This document shows positions 1 to 7,676 of a DNA stretch of 64,000 bases, piece by piece; position 1 is the stretch's first letter; every line of letters starts with the position of its first letter. The notes under the pieces were generated by a model that had not been told where the DNA came from, did not search any database, and worked only from the letters and a program-made list of their open reading frames with translations. The stretch covers positions 1 through 64,000 of IMG/VR virus record IMGVR_UViG_3300032296_003821. One strand, written 5' to 3'. Position numbers and translations under genes: made by a program. This stretch comes from a virus.

Positions 1-47
1 CTGCCCCACATTTTGATGTTTGAGCACTCGATTATTCACCTGAATTA

Positions 48-92
48 GGTCATTATGGTAGACAGGTGGGTTCGAATCCCACATGACCACTA
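48..92 (+). ncRNA. tRNA-like mini element (acceptor stem plus T-arm, no anticodon arm)
   Basis: Perfect T-arm GTGGG-TTCGAAT-CCCAC (66-82). GGTCAT (48-53) pairs with ATGACC (83-88), followed by A-CTA. The 12-nt connector contains D-loop-like TGGTAGA. Confidence 0.55.
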
Positions 93-141
93 TCTTTTTA
101 ATTATACGACCCCTTAAGCCCGGTAACCCGGGCTTTTGGGG
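91..141 (+). repeat. Dispersed repeat copy 1 with terminator-like hairpin
   Basis: TATCTTTTTAATTATAC followed by stem AAGCCCGG/CCGGGCTT (116-135). A near-identical copy lies at 468-525. Confidence 0.8.
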
Positions 142-200
142 GCGGAAGTAGGGTCGCACGAGCGGGTTCGTATATTGAGGTATAAATAAAGATAAGACAT

Positions 201-458
201 ATGATTAAAGTTGATTTCAAGATTATCGATCCAGTAAGTAACCAGACCATTAAGACATACAGCCTAGATTTAGAGCCAAGCCGTGTACTCATTGAGGTAG
301 ATGAAGCCCGAGCCGTGTGGGATGAGTACCAGGTGGTAGCCTCAAGTGTAGACCCTGTACCATTTGTGGTTTACAAGATCAAGACACATAAGCAAGAAAT
401 GATGGAGCGCCAGTGGTTAATGGATCTACATTACGAGGTCTGCGACCAGGATTTCTAG
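201..458 (+). CDS. hypothetical early protein
   Basis: 85-aa ORF with an A-rich leader and a TATATTGA promoter-like box at 171-178. Confidence 0.65.
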   Translation: MIKVDFKIIDPVSNQTIKTYSLDLEPSRVLIEVDEARAVWDEYQVVASSVDPVPFVVYKIKTHKQEMMERQWLMDLHYEVCDQDF

Positions 459-467
459 CCAACCAAG

Positions 468-525
468 TATCTTTTTAATTATACAATACACCCTAAGCCC
501 GGTTTCATAACCCGGGCTTTCGGTG
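468..525 (+). repeat. Dispersed repeat copy 2 with terminator-like hairpin
   Basis: TATCTTTTTAATTATAC followed by stem AAGCCCGG (495-502)/CCGGGCTT (512-519). Confidence 0.8.
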
Positions 526-528
526 GCC

Positions 529-705
529 ATGAGCACACACCAATTTATCCAACAGAACCAAGACCGTATTGAGAACATAGACGGTAACCTAGATGAAGCC
601 GCAATTACCATTATGAATGATAATGGGCGCCTGGAGTTTTATTATTTTGAAAATGGGGTCATGGTCAGCGCCAGGGCTAAAAACCCAAATGTGTGCGAAT
701 GGTAA
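529..705 (+). CDS. hypothetical small protein
   Basis: ORF from ATG 529. Composition is plausible but the start context is poor. Confidence 0.4.
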   Translation: MSTHQFIQQNQDRIENIDGNLDEAAITIMNDNGRLEFYYFENGVMVSARAKNPNVCEW

Positions 706-720
706 CTGGTGTTGGGTCTG

Positions 721-818
721 GAGACCATGGAGACCCGAGACCCGAGATCCAAGACCTTATATCCTGGTAAGGGGATCTGGTGGCGTACGGCGGTATATAT
801 ATGGTATATATATGGTAT
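721..818. repeat. Short tandem repeats: about five GAGACC(C) units and 2.5 GGTATATATAT units
   Basis: GAGACC-like units at 721, 730, 737, 744 and 751. 11-bp tandem units at 792-802, 803-813 and 814-818. Confidence 0.75.
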
Positions 819-1056
819 TATGTATAGGGTACCACGCGCGTTGGGGTCAATATATGCGTGGTATGGCGATTTCCATTACTTAGAGTAAATCTCTTCCTTT
901 TAACCCTTTACCCACATCGACCCATTATATAATTATATATTTCCGATTTGCACATTTTTTGGAAACGCCCGTAAATCCCAAATCCTTCTTTTTAAAAAAT
1001 TTCTTGGCATCGAGCAAGTATATACGCATATCAAGTGTGGTTTTCATAACCTCACC

Positions 1057-1064
1057 ATATTTAT
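1057..1064 (+). promoter_or_regulatory. Putative late promoter ATATTTAT
   Basis: Motif recurring just upstream of at least 15 gene starts. Confidence 0.65.
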
Positions 1065-1068
1065 TATC

Positions 1069-1167
1069 ATGATAAAAAAAGCACTTTTAATCCCAGTTTA
1101 TTTAACGCTTGGTTACATTTTTATTGTTACTTGTTCAATTATGTCCCTTATTAATTTACTAAAATAA
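1069..1167 (+). CDS. 32-aa single-TM peptide (below ORF track cutoff)
   Basis: MIKKALLIPVYLTLGYIFIVTCSIMSLINLLK. Starts 4 nt after the ATATTTAT motif and its stop abuts the next ATG. Confidence 0.5.
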   Translation: MIKKALLIPVYLTLGYIFIVTCSIMSLINLLK

Positions 1168-2349
1168 ATGCCTACACTTAATTATTCATTTGAAGAACTT
1201 TGGGGTGAACGTGGTGAAGGAACTTCCTCCATCAATTTAACCGCCGGTACAACTTATAATTTTCTTATTACAAGTAGTATAGGTGCGGGTTATCTTACCC
1301 TCGAAACTGTTCGTAATTACGATGGTGTTACCCCTAAAAACACTTCCGGTTCATACACTGCACTTACCAATATTGCTTCATCTGTTATTTCAGATTATAT
1401 TGCTGGGTTCTCTGTTCCACAAGGTTTTAGTTCATTTGTTTATACCCCAGCTTCTAATGTAGATGGCTCTACACTTAAGTTACGTGGTGTAGGAGGTGTT
1501 ATTTTAGGAAGTGGAAGTAATGCTCCTACTCCACCCCCTCCAACTTCAGCTACTTTCCAAGTAGATACTACTCAAACAACAGTAGGTTCAACAGGAAATA
1601 CTCAATTTAAATTACCTTTAACTAATAATGGTGTAATTAATTTTACTATTGATTGGGGTGATGGAAACACTGATGTGATTACTTTTTGGAACCAAGCAGA
1701 AACTACTCACACATATGCTACCCCTGGTGTATATGAGGTTGAAATTACCTCTGGTGTACTTAGAGGTTGGTCATTTGCTGGTACTGGGGATAGAAATAAA
1801 TTAATAGAAGTTTATGATTGGAGTGTTTGGGACTTTAATGTTGCTGGGGCATTTAGAGGATGTAATAATTTAATTTCTAGTGCTACTTCTGTTCCTACTA
1901 TTACTAGCAATGCATTAAATAACATGTTTCAACAGACAACTAATTTTAATGGACCATTAAATGGGTGGGATGTGTCTGGAGTTGAAAATTTCCAACAAAT
2001 GTTTTTAAATGCTTCTACATTTAATCAACCATTAAACAATTGGGATGTAAGTAGTGCTACTAATATGAATGGTATGTTTGATGGAGCAACATCATTTGAT
2101 CAAAATATTGGTGGATGGGATATCTTAAATGTTACTAATTTTAATAACTTTATGGCTTCCAAAACACCTTCAACGTTCTCTACAACTAATTTAAATGCTA
2201 TTTATAGTGGTTGGAGTGCTTTACCTAGTTTACAAAGTAATGTAACCGCTAGTTTTGGTACCGCTAATTATACTGCTGCGGCTGCTGCTGGAAGGAATAC
2301 TTTAGTAACTACTTATAATTGGACTATTACTGATGGTGGTCAAGTATAG
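1168..2349 (+). CDS. DUF285/BspA-type leucine-rich repeat protein with PKD-like domain (putative virion adhesin)
   Basis: Repeats of the form WDVSxVxNFxxMFxxAxxFNQPLNNWDVS; PKD-like IDWGDG...THTYATPGVY; Pro-rich linker. Confidence 0.85.
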   Translation: MPTLNYSFEELWGERGEGTSSINLTAGTTYNFLITSSIGAGYLTLETVRNYDGVTPKNTSGSYTALTNIASSVISDYIAGFSVPQGFSSFVYTPASNVDGSTLKLRGVGGVILGSGSNAPTPPPPTSATFQVDTTQTTVGSTGNTQFKLPLTNNGVINFTIDWGDGNTDVITFWNQAETTHTYATPGVYEVEITSGVLRGWSFAGTGDRNKLIEVYDWSVWDFNVAGAFRGCNNLISSATSVPTITSNALNNMFQQTTNFNGPLNGWDVSGVENFQQMFLNASTFNQPLNNWDVSSATNMNGMFDGATSFDQNIGGWDILNVTNFNNFMASKTPSTFSTTNLNAIYSGWSALPSLQSNVTASFGTANYTAAAAAGRNTLVTTYNWTITDGGQV

Positions 2350-2389
2350 TATATACGGATAGAAGTATTTTTATAGGTCTAAAAAATAG

Positions 2390-2421
2390 CTTGGAGGGTT
2401 GAAATATATTTCTTATATTTA
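2390..2421 (+). promoter_or_regulatory. Bacteroidota sigma-A-type promoter (early/middle)
   Basis: CTTG-N20-TATATTTA, close to the TTTG-N19-21-TAnnTTTG consensus. Confidence 0.6.
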
Positions 2422-2448
2422 CGGTATAAATAAATAAAAATAAAGGTT

Positions 2449-2781
2449 ATGAAAGAAAAAGACATCCAAGATCTACAAAATGCTGTTGAAAGTGTTGAAA
2501 ATGTTCAAACAGTAGAACAAGCAGAAGCTCGTATCAAAGAACTTAAAAAAGGAATTCGTAAACTAGAAGTTGCTGTTATTGTAATTGGTTTGGGTATTTT
2601 GAGTTTAATTATTCTCCCTATTATCGGAATTATTTCATTTAACTTTACTTTAGCTTTGACTATTGTAGGAGGTATTTTGTTGATTATTAAAGCATTTAAA
2701 GACGGAGAAGTTCTTGAATTAGAGAAATATTTTTTAGAACTAGTTTACAAACAATCTAATAATACAAAAGATGGAGAATAA
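2449..2781 (+). CDS. two-TM membrane protein
   Basis: N-terminal coiled coil followed by a long hydrophobic hairpin. Confidence 0.75.
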   Translation: MKEKDIQDLQNAVESVENVQTVEQAEARIKELKKGIRKLEVAVIVIGLGILSLIILPIIGIISFNFTLALTIVGGILLIIKAFKDGEVLELEKYFLELVYKQSNNTKDGE

Positions 2782-3013
2782 AAAATATCAACCAAGTAGA
2801 AAAATTACAACTGCAGACGGAACCATTATGTATATGTTTGATGGTAAACTTCACAATTGGGAAGGTCCGGCAATGATCCCTCAAGGCGATAATCGTAAAA
2901 GAGAGTATTATCTCAATGGAATTAAAATGAGCCAAGAACAATGGAAAGAAGCTCTTAAAGGAAGAGAAGGTTTACCTTGGTATAAAGGATCAGGCGCTAA
3001 AGCACGATTTTAA
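2771..3013 (+). CDS. hypothetical protein with MORN-like GKLH-x3-GPA repeat unit
   Basis: DGKLHNWEGPA...EYYLNG motif. Confidence 0.7.
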   Translation: MENKKYQPSRKITTADGTIMYMFDGKLHNWEGPAMIPQGDNRKREYYLNGIKMSQEQWKEALKGREGLPWYKGSGAKARF

Positions 3014-3030
3014 CACGCAAAATAAAGGTT

Positions 3031-3483
3031 ATGAAACGTATATCAAATGAGGAAACTTTAAATTACGTTCCGTATGAAAGAACTCCTCTATCACCTCAAC
3101 CCGCATATTTTTCTATTTTTATAGATGATGAAGGGTGGGAACAAGTAAAATATTATACAGCTCGTTATAGACAAAGTGTAAGTGGTTCAAATGGAGATCA
3201 ATCTGTTTATATTTTAGAAAGTTCTTCTATACCTGACATGGTAAAAATAGGTTATACAAAAGGGGACCCAATTGATCGAGCTAATACTTTGAGTAAATCT
3301 ACAGGTGTTCCCACCCCATTTAATGTTGTATATTCATACAGTTGCTTTAATGGAGAAAGAATTGAAAAAGCAGTTCATAAACACTTCAGAAAAAAACGAG
3401 TTAATTCACAACGAGAATTCTTTTATGTTGAGTTAGATGAAGCTATTAAAGTAATAGAAGATTTAGGAGCTAAACTAGATTAA
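3031..3483 (+). CDS. T5orf172/MUG113-type GIY-YIG nuclease domain protein
   Basis: VYIL...VKIGYT...R...TGVPTPF...E..VH..F...R...REFF. Confidence 0.9.
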   Translation: MKRISNEETLNYVPYERTPLSPQPAYFSIFIDDEGWEQVKYYTARYRQSVSGSNGDQSVYILESSSIPDMVKIGYTKGDPIDRANTLSKSTGVPTPFNVVYSYSCFNGERIEKAVHKHFRKKRVNSQREFFYVELDEAIKVIEDLGAKLD

Positions 3484-3511
3484 TATTTATACGCGAAATC
3501 AATGATTTTAT

Positions 3512-3949
3512 ATGGCACTTAAAAATGTATTTGCATTATTTGGGTTTCCGGATGAAGAGAATCCTGAACGTTTAAAACTTGAAGCTGAATTAGAGGATTA
3601 TAAAGAATCTCCTCATTTTAAGTTAGGGATGTTTCATAAATTGATCATGAATGGTCATTTATTTTCAAAGCAAGTTACCAAATTTTTCGCTAAAGCAGAT
3701 CCTTCCCTGGATGTAAAAGGAATAGATCAAGCAGGTGAATACATGATGTATACCAGAGCTTGGTTTTGGATTGAGCAAGTTAAAATTAGATCCAAAGTTT
3801 GGAAAGATGCTTTGAAACAGTATTCAAATGAAGAATTTTTAATATCTCTCCGGTTGAGTATTTCTTACTTTGAAAGTACAGAAGAATATGAAAAGTGTGC
3901 TCATTTGAAAAAAATACAAGACTTTGTACAAAAGAACTTGCCCAAGTAA
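3512..3949 (+). CDS. hypothetical protein with C-terminal UVR-like helix
   Basis: EEYEKCAHLKK motif; preceded by ATATTTAT at 3483-3490. Confidence 0.7.
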   Translation: MALKNVFALFGFPDEENPERLKLEAELEDYKESPHFKLGMFHKLIMNGHLFSKQVTKFFAKADPSLDVKGIDQAGEYMMYTRAWFWIEQVKIRSKVWKDALKQYSNEEFLISLRLSISYFESTEEYEKCAHLKKIQDFVQKNLPK

Positions 3950-3968
3950 AAGAAAGTTATTATCTTTA
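3937..3968 (+). promoter_or_regulatory. Bacteroidota sigma-A-type promoter
   Basis: CTTG-N20-TATCTTTA. Confidence 0.6.
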
Positions 3969-4035
3969 ATTATATTTTGATATTAAATTATTGAAAATAT
4001 AAAGGGTTATAATAAAAATAAGTAAATAAAATAAA

Positions 4036-4203
4036 ATGAAAAATAAAGAATTAGTATTAAGACGGCTAGAGTCTCTAGAAGGAAAATTAAAACGTTTGAG
4101 AAGTGCTCTAAACGAAAGAAATGTAGATGCTGCTCGTCAAATTTTACAAGAAGCACTCGAAATTAAAGAGGACACTCAAGCAATCGTAGAACGTGAAAAT
4201 TAA
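4036..4203 (+). CDS. 55-aa coiled-coil protein (not in ORF track)
   Basis: MKNKELVLRRLESLEGKLKRLRSALNERNVDAARQILQEALEIKEDTQAIVEREN. It has an A-rich leader and fills the gap between genes. Confidence 0.75.
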   Translation: MKNKELVLRRLESLEGKLKRLRSALNERNVDAARQILQEALEIKEDTQAIVEREN

Positions 4204-4220
4204 TTAAGTAAATAAAAGTT

Positions 4221-5015
4221 ATGAATCTTACCGCCGAACAAATCCAATCAAATTGGAATGAATTAATGGATTATATTGATAAATATATTTCCGAACCCCG
4301 TAAAGAAAAATTATTAGAATTTTATGAGCAATATGCAGACCGTTTGATGTTAATGCCTGCTGCGCATAAAAAAGAATACCATAATGCTTTCCCCGGAGGA
4401 TATGTAGAACATGTTTTACGCGTTATTCGATGTGCTCTTAAGCAAGCTAAATTATGGGAATCTGAAGGTTGTGACATGACTACATTTACAACTGAAGAAT
4501 TAGTATTTTCAGCCCTAAATCATGATTTAGGTAAAATGGGAGACGAAAATGAAGAATCATATATCCCCCAGACTGATAATTGGAGAAAGGAAAAATTAGG
4601 AGAAGATTATATGTTCAACACTAAAGTTCCATTCTCATCAGTTCCCGATAGAGGTTTATTTATGCTCCAATCACATGGTGTCCAGTATACATTTAATGAA
4701 ATGTTAGCTATTCAGACACATGATGGTTTATATGATGAAGCAAATAAGAAATATTTAATGGCATTTATGCCAGAACAAAAACCAAGAACATCTCTTCCAT
4801 TTATTATCCACCAGGCAGATTTAATGGCAGCACGTATCGAGTTTGAACGTGAATGGTTACCTAAGTTAAAAGAGGACAAAAAGTCCGTGGATAACGGAAA
4901 AGGAAATTTTACATTGGGGAATAAACCCAACATGTCTAAAAAGACATCAACCAAAACTAAAGCTTTAGGTACGTTTAAAAGTGAAGGTTTAAAAAACATA
5001 TTTGATAGCTTATGA
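4221..5015 (+). CDS. HD-domain phosphohydrolase (YhaM-like)
   Basis: PAA..YH.AFPGG..EH, HDLGK, HDG and HQAD motifs. Confidence 0.9.
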   Translation: MNLTAEQIQSNWNELMDYIDKYISEPRKEKLLEFYEQYADRLMLMPAAHKKEYHNAFPGGYVEHVLRVIRCALKQAKLWESEGCDMTTFTTEELVFSALNHDLGKMGDENEESYIPQTDNWRKEKLGEDYMFNTKVPFSSVPDRGLFMLQSHGVQYTFNEMLAIQTHDGLYDEANKKYLMAFMPEQKPRTSLPFIIHQADLMAARIEFEREWLPKLKEDKKSVDNGKGNFTLGNKPNMSKKTSTKTKALGTFKSEGLKNIFDSL

Positions 5016-5293
5016 CAACAGTGATAATTAGCGTTTTAGCGGTTTTAGTCGTGATTCTAGGATTCACGACTTTTAACCTTATGCGCAAAGTAGAAAAACA
5101 AGAAGACGTATTAGCAGGATATTTAGCATATCTAGATCGTTTATCTCGCACAATTGAAATTTCAGACAAAAAACTTAAAGAACTAGACCGTGGAGGTGTG
5201 TTTCAAGCGGATGATGAAGTTGGGGTTATATTTCAATCAATTTTAAAAATTCAAGAAATCCTCAATGAGTTCAACCTTAGAAAGTTCAGTTAA
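5012..5293 (+). CDS. membrane-anchored coiled-coil protein
   Basis: N-terminal TM helix; ATGA overlap with the upstream gene. Confidence 0.75.
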   Translation: MTTVIISVLAVLVVILGFTTFNLMRKVEKQEDVLAGYLAYLDRLSRTIEISDKKLKELDRGGVFQADDEVGVIFQSILKIQEILNEFNLRKFS

Positions 5294-5294
5294 A

Positions 5295-6002
5295 ATGCCT
5301 AAAAAACCGGGAAGTAAAAATTACTTTACTCAAGATACTGAGGATGCGATCGTGTTGTATAATAACACGGTCGATCCTGTATTGAAAAGTAAGATTTATG
5401 AAGACCGTATCCATTACGCATTTTTCAAATTAACCCAGAATATAATCCATACGTTCAAATTCTACCACACTGAAGTAGAAAATTTAGAACATTTACAACA
5501 TGAGATTATAGTATTTCTTTTATCTAAAATCCACTTATTCAATCCCCAGAATGGAGCCAAAGCATATTCTTACTTTGGTACTATTGTAAAACGATGGTGT
5601 ATTTTATACAACGAGAAAAATTATAAAAGTAAAATTAGCAAGGTTTCAGTAGATGAATTATCTAAAGATGATTCAGATCATACTTACACTATTGAACCAA
5701 ACAATTCAGATGATCGATTATCTCATTTTATGGACGAATATGTTGAATTCGTCAGCTTTAACTTATACGAAATCTTCCCTAAAGAATATGACGCGAAAAT
5801 TGCGGATGCGGTTTTAGAGTTGTTTAGAAAACGAGATAGTATAGACGTATTCAATAAAAAGGCACTCTACATTTATATACACGAAATGATTCCAGATGCT
5901 AAGACTCCTAAGATCACTAAAATAGCAGGTATATTATACGACGTATTTAAGAGAAATTACCTATTTTATCTAGAAGAAGGATATATGAGTTTCCAACTCT
6001 AG
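5295..6002 (+). CDS. phage RNA polymerase sigma factor (T4 gp55-like late sigma)
   Basis: NYFT..E.AI..YN, F..Y, and KIHLFNP...AYSYFGTIVKR resemble gp55 region 2. Start moved to MPKK at 5295. Confidence 0.65.
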   Translation: MPKKPGSKNYFTQDTEDAIVLYNNTVDPVLKSKIYEDRIHYAFFKLTQNIIHTFKFYHTEVENLEHLQHEIIVFLLSKIHLFNPQNGAKAYSYFGTIVKRWCILYNEKNYKSKISKVSVDELSKDDSDHTYTIEPNNSDDRLSHFMDEYVEFVSFNLYEIFPKEYDAKIADAVLELFRKRDSIDVFNKKALYIYIHEMIPDAKTPKITKIAGILYDVFKRNYLFYLEEGYMSFQL

Positions 6003-6033
6003 TAGTTGTTTATATTTATAAAAAACAATACAT

Positions 6034-6372
6034 ATGAGTAATTTAGAATCAAACGTATTTGGTAAGAAAAAATTCTCGGATATTCTCAAGGAAATTTACG
6101 AAAACCAAAAGAAAAAAGAGACCCAAATCACAGCTTTGATAGGTGAATTAAAACCACTTATCAATGACATTGGTGATGCTACTTTAATTGTTCCTTTAAT
6201 CAAGGAATATATGGAATTAGGTATCAAAAATGATGAGCAGCTAATTAAAATGGCTACAATCATTCAACGCGCTCTTGCTACTGGTAAATCGGAAGAAGAA
6301 GGATTTGGAATGACTGAAGAAGAAAAAGCACAATTATTATCTGAGGTTAAAAAATTCAATCCTAAAGATTAA
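6034..6372 (+). CDS. conserved helical phage protein
   Basis: 112-aa ORF following ATATTTAT (6012-6019). Confidence 0.7.
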   Translation: MSNLESNVFGKKKFSDILKEIYENQKKKETQITALIGELKPLINDIGDATLIVPLIKEYMELGIKNDEQLIKMATIIQRALATGKSEEEGFGMTEEEKAQLLSEVKKFNPKD

Positions 6373-7676
6373 TGGCATACGGTAAATTTGGTTTCCCATC
6401 AATGACTAGTAGGGCATTAGGAAACCCTAAAAATTTCAATTCTAAAAAAAAACAAAGTGGCGAAATTCTTGTAAGAGTTAATGACATTATCTTAGATGAA
6501 AACCATGCCCAATATAACCCTGACCAAGGATTAAATCAAATAGGAACCATAATAGGTAATAAAGCCAATTTTGATGGAACTATTGAAAACCAAATTATTA
6601 GAGCTCGCCCAGCATTTAGTGCTGCTTCAAAATATCCAACAGTAAATGAATATGTAAAAGCTTGGAAACATATTACTCCAAATGAACCTGCTGGTTCTTG
6701 GGTATATGGTGAAGTAGTTCCTGTATGGGGTATGCTTTCTCCAAATGTTAGCCCTTATCCTACTAATACAACTAGTTTATTACCTCCTTCACAACAATTA
6801 GATTATACTCAAGTTGAAGCTGGTGGTGTAAATGTTGTAAATAATGAAGTACAACAAATTAACTTGAATTCTCCTAATAGTATTAGTCAAGCTACTTTTG
6901 TAGAACGTTCAAATATTCACCCATTAATGCCCTATATGGGTGATATATTATATGAAGGTAGATGGGGTAATAGTATCCGATTAGGAAGTACTGCAAAATC
7001 AAAAAGTATATTTGCTAATCCTTGGTCTCGTTCAGGTACAAATGGTGATCCTATTACTATAATCAGAAACGGTCAAGATAGAAATGCAAATGAATTTGGA
7101 GCTGAACCTATAGTTGAAAATATTAAAAGAGATTTATCTTCTATTTATTTAACTTCAACTCAAGCTCTCCCTTATGATCTTTCAGGACTCCAAGCTATAC
7201 CTTATAAATCATATACTATTTCAGGAATACCTAAACCAGTAACTCCATCCCAATTTATATCTCCTCAAATATTACTTAATTCAGATAGAATAGTAATAGA
7301 TGCTCAATCTAATGATGTATTAGTTGGAGCCAATAGATCAATTGGACTGTTTGGAGGTATTAGTATCAACATTGAGTCAGGCCAGATTAATATGTCAGCT
7401 AATGACATTAAATTAGGAGTTAGCTCAGATGAAAGTGCAATGCAACCAGTATTAAAAGGAAATGACACTGTTAATATTCTTCTTCAATTAACTAATGTAC
7501 TCCAAGGACTTTCAGAAGTATTAAAAGTAGCTAAAATTTACCCTGAAGGAGCAACTATTAGTGATACCGCATCCTTAATAATTTCAGGTCAAGCATTGAG
7601 TATTTTAGAAGAAGTAGAAAAAAAATTAAAAGATCAAACCAATGGTATTAAGTCAAATTTTGTAAAAACTATTTAA
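6372..7676 (+). CDS. baseplate hub/central spike protein (gp5/gpV-like)
   Basis: OB-fold-like N-terminus, GD..YEGRWGNSIRLGST, beta-helix-like ILLNSDRIVIDA region; sits ahead of the gp25/gp6 homologues. Confidence 0.6.
   Translation: MAYGKFGFPSMTSRALGNPKNFNSKKKQSGEILVRVNDIILDENHAQYNPDQGLNQIGTIIGNKANFDGTIENQIIRARPAFSAASKYPTVNEYVKAWKHITPNEPAGSWVYGEVVPVWGMLSPNVSPYPTNTTSLLPPSQQLDYTQVEAGGVNVVNNEVQQINLNSPNSISQATFVERSNIHPLMPYMGDILYEGRWGNSIRLGSTAKSKSIFANPWSRSGTNGDPITIIRNGQDRNANEFGAEPIVENIKRDLSSIYLTSTQALPYDLSGLQAIPYKSYTISGIPKPVTPSQFISPQILLNSDRIVIDAQSNDVLVGANRSIGLFGGISINIESGQINMSANDIKLGVSSDESAMQPVLKGNDTVNILLQLTNVLQGLSEVLKVAKIYPEGATISDTASLIISGQALSILEEVEKKLKDQTNGIKSNFVKTI

Noticed and set aside
48-92. 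Canonical functional tRNA gene
   Set aside because: There is no anticodon arm or D-stem, so it is reported only as a tRNA-like element.
617-883. 88-aa + strand ORF
   Set aside because: It overlaps 529-705 and translates tandem DNA repeats. The region is more plausibly non-coding.
6034-6372. Terminase small subunit
   Set aside because: Size and helical content fit, but there is no diagnostic motif and it is far from terL.
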